Part shown: positions 59,089-64,000 of the stretch, piece after piece
Layout: every line of letters begins with the position of its first letter
Numbering within the stretch: position 1 is the first letter of the stretch
Assembly: GCA_948466185.1 (NCBI GenBank)
Contig: CAOJZM010000001.1
Span: 22,742 to 86,741 of the forward strand
Direction: 5' to 3'
Length of the DNA stretch: 64,000 nucleotides
DNA from: an uncultured Christensenella sp.
GTDB taxonomy: Bacteria; Bacillota; Clostridia; Christensenellales; UBA1242
Program-made: the position numbers and the translations under genes
Notes under the pieces: model-generated
Databases searched by the model: none
Told to the model about the DNA's origin: nothing
The model's input: the letters and a program-made list of their open reading frames with translations, nothing else

Positions 59089-61803
59089 ACTTTTCCCGCA
59101 GCAGTTCTTGTATTTTTTGCCACTTCCACAAGGACAAGGATCATTACGCCCAATCTTAGTATCGGTGTTAACCACTGTTTTTTGCACCTGTGGCTTCTTT
59201 CGTTGTTTTGCACGCTCCTCTGGTGTGAGCTCTTTGCCAGTCATAACAACTGTATATTGTGGTTGCTGTGGTGGCGGTTCTGGTGCACGTTGAAGTTTGT
59301 TATTAAGAAGAATATAGCAGGTAATTTCCTTGATTTGATAGATCATATTATCAAACATGTCGTATCCGTCTTTTTTGTACGCAAGCACAGGATCCTGATT
59401 ACCAAAGCCACGCGCAAAAATCTCATTCTTCATTATCTGCATATCTTCGATATGATTCATCCAGTTTGCATCAACCATACGAAGAAGCACAAGTCTTTCG
59501 AGTTTCGAAAAGTCAAAGGAAAGTTCTTCAGCTTCTTTCTCACGCTCTTTATATCTTTCCTCAACAAGTTTTAACACCTTTTCCTCAACCTCATTTACAT
59601 CACAGTCTTCAATAAACTTTTCGGTAATCAGATTGCTGCCCTTCTCAAGAAGCCCCTTCTCAAGTTCGGCTTGGAGTTTCTCTCTGTCCCATTCATAGTA
59701 AGGCTTATCGTCGCTAATACATTTACGCACCACTTTAGATATAACCTCTGGAAACATATTCAGTATTTGGTCATGCACTGGGGCACCATCAAGCACCGTA
59801 TTCCGCTCGTTGTATATAATCTCTCTTTGTTTGTTAAGCACGTCGTCAAAACGGAGTACGGTTTTTCTTTGTGCAAAGTTTTGCATTTCAATCTTGCGTT
59901 GAGCGCCTTCAATTTGCCTTGCAAGCATATTAAGTTGAATTGGAGTTGAATCATCAAGTCTAAACATGGTTGCAAGACGCTTCATTTTGTCCCCACCAAA
60001 ACGGCGTATAAGGTCATCCTCAAGGGAAAGGAAGAAAACGCTTGAACCCGGGTCACCCTGACGTCCAGCACGACCACGAAGCTGATTGTCAATACGTCTT
60101 GATTCATGCCGCTCGGTACCAACAATATGAAGTCCGCCAAGAGCAATAACTTCCGCTTTTTCCTTATCAGTCACGGCTTTATATTCGTTATAAAGCTGGG
60201 TAAATCTTGCACGTGCCTCATTCATCCTCTCATCATCAATGGTGTTGAACGCTGTTGCATAAGAGATTTCGTCCTCGGTAAAGTTTTCCTCCTTCATTCG
60301 CTTTTTAGCCATAAATTCAGGGTTCCCACCGAGAAGAATATCAGTTCCACGCCCTGCCATGTTTGTGGCAATAGTAACAGCACCTTTTCTGCCCGCCTGT
60401 GCAACAATGTCGCTTTCCATTTCATTATTCTTGGCGTTGAGTACGGTATGCTTGATTTTGGCATATTTAAGAGACTTGGAAAGAAGTTCACTCTTATCAA
60501 TATTGATTGTACCAATAAGCACCGGCTGACCTTTTTCACTGCAAGCCTTGATTTCCTCAATAATTGCCTGTATTTTCCCCTCTTCTGTCACGTAAACGAT
60601 ATCTGGTTCGTCACGTCTCTGATTTGGGCGATTTGGTGGAATTGTAACAACGTCAAGACTATAAATAGTTCTAAATTCCCCCTCTTCCGTCTTGGCAGTA
60701 CCTGTCATCCCAGAAAGTTTCTTGTACAAACGGAAGTAGTTCTGGAAGGTTATTGTTGCAAGAGTTTGGTTTTCATCTTTGATTTGAACCCCCTCTTTTG
60801 CTTCTATTGCTTGATGTAGGCCTGCACTGAAACGTCTGCCCGGTGTAAGACGACCTGTAAACTCATCAACAATGATAATTTCGCCGTCTTTGACAATATA
60901 GTTTTCATCACGGTGCATAGTATAATTTGCTCGCAATGCGTTGTTGATATAGTGGTTGAGTTCAATATTGTCAATATCAGAAAGGCTTTCAACCTTGAAA
61001 TATCTTTCCGCCTTTTCTATACCGCTTTCAGTTAAGAAAAGCTGTTTTGTTTTTTCATCTATATCAACATCTTCTTCTTTCTTTAAAGTTTTTACAAACT
61101 TTTGTGCGTTGACATAACCTTCGCTTGATTTGTTTCCTCTTCCGCTGATGATAAGAGGAGTTCTTGCCTCATCAATAAGGATACTGTCCACCTCATCCAC
61201 GATTGCAAAAGCCTGTCCACGTTGAACACGTTGTCTTGCGTCTACCGCCATATTATCACGAAGATAATCAAATCCAAGTTCATTATTTGTACAATATGTG
61301 ATATCTGCGTCGTATGCCTTACGTTTTTGCTGTTCGTTTTGCCCATTTAAAGTCACGCCGACGCTGAGTCCTAAGAATTTATACACCTTACCCATCCATT
61401 CAGCATCACGTTTTGCAAGATATTCATTGACGGTAACCACATGCACGCCATTTCCAGCAAGAGCGTTGAGATAAGCAGGTAAAGTCGCCATAAGTGTTTT
61501 ACCTTCACCTGTTGCCATTTCAGCAATACGCCCTTGGTGAAGAGCAATACCTCCTAAAATTTGCACATAAAAATGACGCATGTTAAGCACACGGAAGGAA
61601 GCCTCTCTTGCAACAGCAAAAGCTTCAGGCAAAATGTCGTTTAACTTTTGTCCCACCTTTAATCTGTCTTTAAACTCCTGAGTGCAGGCTTGAAGTTCTT
61701 CATTTGTATAACCCTTGTATTTTTCTTCAAGCGCTATAACCTTATCAGCAATTTTCTTTAATTTCTTAACTTGTATTTTATTTTCACTTATAAAAATTCC
61801 CAT
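59086..61803 (-). CDS. secA: Preprotein translocase ATPase SecA
   Basis: 905 aa. Walker A MATGEGKTL, DEVDSILIDEARTPLIISG, and the C-terminal Zn finger CPCGSGKKYKNCCGKS. Confidence 0.96.
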   Translation of the reverse strand: MGIFISENKIQVKKLKKIADKVIALEEKYKGYTNEELQACTQEFKDRLKVGQKLNDILPEAFAVAREASFRVLNMRHFYVQILGGIALHQGRIAEMATGEGKTLMATLPAYLNALAGNGVHVVTVNEYLAKRDAEWMGKVYKFLGLSVGVTLNGQNEQQKRKAYDADITYCTNNELGFDYLRDNMAVDARQRVQRGQAFAIVDEVDSILIDEARTPLIISGRGNKSSEGYVNAQKFVKTLKKEEDVDIDEKTKQLFLTESGIEKAERYFKVESLSDIDNIELNHYINNALRANYTMHRDENYIVKDGEIIIVDEFTGRLTPGRRFSAGLHQAIEAKEGVQIKDENQTLATITFQNYFRLYKKLSGMTGTAKTEEGEFRTIYSLDVVTIPPNRPNQRRDEPDIVYVTEEGKIQAIIEEIKACSEKGQPVLIGTINIDKSELLSKSLKYAKIKHTVLNAKNNEMESDIVAQAGRKGAVTIATNMAGRGTDILLGGNPEFMAKKRMKEENFTEDEISYATAFNTIDDERMNEARARFTQLYNEYKAVTDKEKAEVIALGGLHIVGTERHESRRIDNQLRGRAGRQGDPGSSVFFLSLEDDLIRRFGGDKMKRLATMFRLDDSTPIQLNMLARQIEGAQRKIEMQNFAQRKTVLRFDDVLNKQREIIYNERNTVLDGAPVHDQILNMFPEVISKVVRKCISDDKPYYEWDREKLQAELEKGLLEKGSNLITEKFIEDCDVNEVEEKVLKLVEERYKEREKEAEELSFDFSKLERLVLLRMVDANWMNHIEDMQIMKNEIFARGFGNQDPVLAYKKDGYDMFDNMIYQIKEITCYILLNNKLQRAPEPPPQQPQYTVVMTGKELTPEERAKQRKKPQVQKTVVNTDTKIGRNDPCPCGSGKKYKNCCGKS

Positions 61804-61827
61804 TCTATCTCCTAGTTTTACCCTGAT

Positions 61828-61856
61828 ATTTTAACAAAAAAAATTCATTTACGCAA
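61828..61856 (-). promoter_or_regulatory. Putative secA promoter
   Basis: Minus strand reads TTGCGT, 17 nt (TGt), TAAAAT. Confidence 0.45.
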
Positions 61857-61959
61857 GTCTTTTCCCCGTCTTAAAGGATTATTTAATATTTTTGCCAACT
61901 CTTTCCAACAAAAATCAACAAAATTTAATATCACCTTAATTTTTCTTGAACTTTGGGTA

Positions 61960-61988
61960 TTGACTTTGTCATAAAAATGAAGTATAAT
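61960..61988 (+). promoter_or_regulatory. Putative promoter of the 647-aa gene
   Basis: TTGACT, 17 nt, TATAAT. Confidence 0.55.
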
Positions 61989-62013
61989 AAGGTATCAAAA
62001 AGGAGTTAGTAAA

Positions 62014-63957
62014 ATGTTAAAAGGATTAATTAAGAGTAAAAAATCAAAAAATTTATCTGGCACTTATAAAACCGTGGACAGCAATAAGTCAAGCGTTAAA
62101 AATCCATTCAAAAACCTCGATGAATTATGCAATTATATAAATGATTATAACAACTTCATTAAATCTGACAGTCTAGAAAAACTTAAAAACCAAATTATTG
62201 ACCTTGCCATGAAGGGCGAATATGCCGATTTTGGCATTGAGAAAAGTAAAAATAGAGAAAATGTTATTGCTGCTCTCAACCAACAAGTAGATGGAAAGTT
62301 TACAAAGCTTGATTGTTTTATTGAGAACGATAAGTCTATTGCAACAAACACAGCAAAATTTATTGCTAATCACGCTGAGACAATAGCTACTCTTCTTGTT
62401 AGTGAAGGTGCAAATTATGATTTAAGCAAAGCATTAGCACCAGCACTTGCGAGAATCCAACATGCAGATAAACTTGCTTTAAAGGCATTGAACATTGACA
62501 AAATTTTGAATCAACTTGCTCTCGCCGAATTATTAACTTTTGAATCTGCACATAAAAACGCACACGTCGGCCGAGAAATATGGCTAGAAAAGATTAAAGA
62601 TTTTTCCTTAAAGCAGGAATATACTGACTGGAATAAAGAATTAAAAGATTTTATTAAAACACACGATGAAATCAAGGAAAAAACAGACAAAAACAAAGCA
62701 ATAGACAAAAAGAATGACAACTTAAGTAAATCCATTAAAAAATGTACCGATTTTATAAAAACAAACAGTGAAAAATCATATATTTTTAACTTTGATAATC
62801 CTTGGAATGAAGGCCTTAAAGATTTTGCTTACACCATTAACCAAGGGACATATATTTCAGCGTTAAAAACCATTGCTCAGAATATTGACCTTGTGGAAAA
62901 AAGCACAAATAAAAAAACGGGCGAAACAATTTATACCCTACTTAATGGTTTTTATGAAATTAAACCTTACTCACTTTTCCAACTTTTAATTGCAAATAAA
63001 AACTCCAAGTTTGTCATCGCTGGAATAAGCAATGCGTCTAATAAAACAATTGAAGAAGCAACAACATATGAAGATGTTGTAAAAAATGTTTTATTCATTA
63101 CTGAAGAGCAAAAGCATCTTCTTGCAACAGAATATACACGCTTAATTGCAAATAAAGAAAACATTGATAATAAATTTTCAAATCTTAAAAAAGAAACCGC
63201 TAAGAAATTTCAAGATGCACAATTTGCGGCTAAAGTTGACCTATACAACTTGGTTTTAGAGCAAGCACAATCTAAAAACAACACATCACTCGCTCATGAA
63301 CTTTTTAATGTTGATCATATTCTCACAAAGCATATGATTGAAAATATGCAAGATGTTAAGCTTGCAATGGAAATTAAAGCCTATGAAAATACTGCAAAAA
63401 TCCTCAATTCTCAACTTAGCGAAAACACAGAAAGCACAACTGAAAATGCATATAACATTGAGCCTTTGCAACTTGAATATAATCAGGCTTTAGAAAACCT
63501 TAAAACTTTACAGGCAAATCTTGACAAAACAAAAACAAGAGTTATGTTTGGACTTGTGGACAGCAATAATTTGGTAAATGATCGTTATGGCATTTATGAG
63601 ATTATCTCAGATCTAACTAACCCTATTAACAAAATTACACAATGGGATATTGAGGAGAATCCTGAGGAAGCAAAATCTTATGAAATTGACATGAATTTAT
63701 TTGATAATAAATTGAAAGAATATAAAGACAGCGTTTCAACACAACAGAAAAAGTTTGTTGACGTTGCTAATGATATAAAAAAGAATGATTATACAAGTTT
63801 AACTTCCGAATATCTCGATGAACTTTCAAAAAATATCAATAACACGGGCTATAAAATAAACAATTACTATTCTGGTCACAAAAAAGCACTTGAAACATTG
63901 GTGAAAACCTATAACACAATCATCTCAAAAGAGGCAAATGACCAGCATGACAATTAA
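62014..63957 (+). CDS. Hypothetical 647-aa K/N/E-rich, predominantly helical (coiled-coil-like) protein, no TM or signal peptide
   Basis: AGGAG SD. MLKGLIKSKKSKNLSGTYKTVDSNKSSVKNPFKNLDEL.... No catalytic motif recognised. Confidence 0.6.
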   Translation: MLKGLIKSKKSKNLSGTYKTVDSNKSSVKNPFKNLDELCNYINDYNNFIKSDSLEKLKNQIIDLAMKGEYADFGIEKSKNRENVIAALNQQVDGKFTKLDCFIENDKSIATNTAKFIANHAETIATLLVSEGANYDLSKALAPALARIQHADKLALKALNIDKILNQLALAELLTFESAHKNAHVGREIWLEKIKDFSLKQEYTDWNKELKDFIKTHDEIKEKTDKNKAIDKKNDNLSKSIKKCTDFIKTNSEKSYIFNFDNPWNEGLKDFAYTINQGTYISALKTIAQNIDLVEKSTNKKTGETIYTLLNGFYEIKPYSLFQLLIANKNSKFVIAGISNASNKTIEEATTYEDVVKNVLFITEEQKHLLATEYTRLIANKENIDNKFSNLKKETAKKFQDAQFAAKVDLYNLVLEQAQSKNNTSLAHELFNVDHILTKHMIENMQDVKLAMEIKAYENTAKILNSQLSENTESTTENAYNIEPLQLEYNQALENLKTLQANLDKTKTRVMFGLVDSNNLVNDRYGIYEIISDLTNPINKITQWDIEENPEEAKSYEIDMNLFDNKLKEYKDSVSTQQKKFVDVANDIKKNDYTSLTSEYLDELSKNINNTGYKINNYYSGHKKALETLVKTYNTIISKEANDQHDN

Positions 63958-63960
63958 TAT

Positions 63961-63992
63961 AAAAACAGTCGAATTTTACGACTGTTTTTTTT
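63961..63992 (+). terminator. Terminator
   Basis: aaaa-ACAGTCG-aatttta-CGACTGT-tttttttt. Confidence 0.8.
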
Positions 63993-64000
63993 GACAAAAA

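Noticed and set aside
59047-60819. Plus-strand ORFs of 175, 92 and 237 aa
   Set aside because: They lie entirely antisense within secA, whose identity is unambiguous.
1-64000. CRISPR arrays, rRNA genes, IS elements, integrases, recombinases, restriction-modification or known defence-system ATPases/nucleases
   Set aside because: I found none when reading the ORF translations and intergenic regions. The only repeats are the short ones listed as findings.

Overview
64-kb chromosomal segment from a low-GC (by eye mid-30s % GC), standard-code (TGA is used as a stop, e.g. cysS ends TGA TGA) anaerobic, probably spore-forming Firmicute. Clostridia-like markers are a GerA-family germinant receptor, a SpoVB/MurJ-type flippase, a DUF1540 protein, an [FeFe]-hydrogenase and rubrerythrin. 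Most of the window is conserved housekeeping: leuS-cysS behind a MarR gene, recD2-comFC, tRNA-Glu, tRNA-Ser, hup, lepB, queH, xth, rpmG-secE-nusG-rplK-rplA, argS, dnaX-ybaB-recR, pgk-tpiA, dus, rplI, two glycolipid-type glycosyltransferases, rpmE, prmC-prfA, rpsF-ssb-rpsR and secA. I saw no rRNA, CRISPR array, transposase or integrase. The non-routine content is: (1) a cell-surface island at 23.3-34.4 kb, made of a TPR-glycosyltransferase, a 313-bp ~88% A+T spacer, a single 8.36-kb ORF for a 2787-aa signal-peptide/C-terminal-anchor protein, and a lipoprotein gene whose near-consensus promoter carries a C9 tract in its spacer (candidate phase switch); (2) dnaX split exactly at an A9 run, with the tau-like C-terminal domain continuing in the -1 frame; (3) a ~155-nt, ~49% GC hairpin-rich element between the secA stop and its terminator (candidate structured RNA of unknown class); (4) a 1.3-kb mini-locus between the rpsF operon and secA with two paralogous XRE repressors, three CTGA-N7-TCAG palindromes, three terminators with identical stems, and an ORF that has a perfect promoter and SD but an ATT start and an in-frame stop; (5) two tandem paralogous small two-TM proteins behind duplicated promoters, next to an ArsR-linked Leu/Asn-rich 62-aa peptide; (6) a DUF1385-PrmC fusion protein. 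rpmG (53 aa), a 42-aa ORF and the truncated gerA gene are absent from the supplied ORF track and were found by reading the sequence. All functional calls rest on my reading of motifs in the translations. No database search was run.
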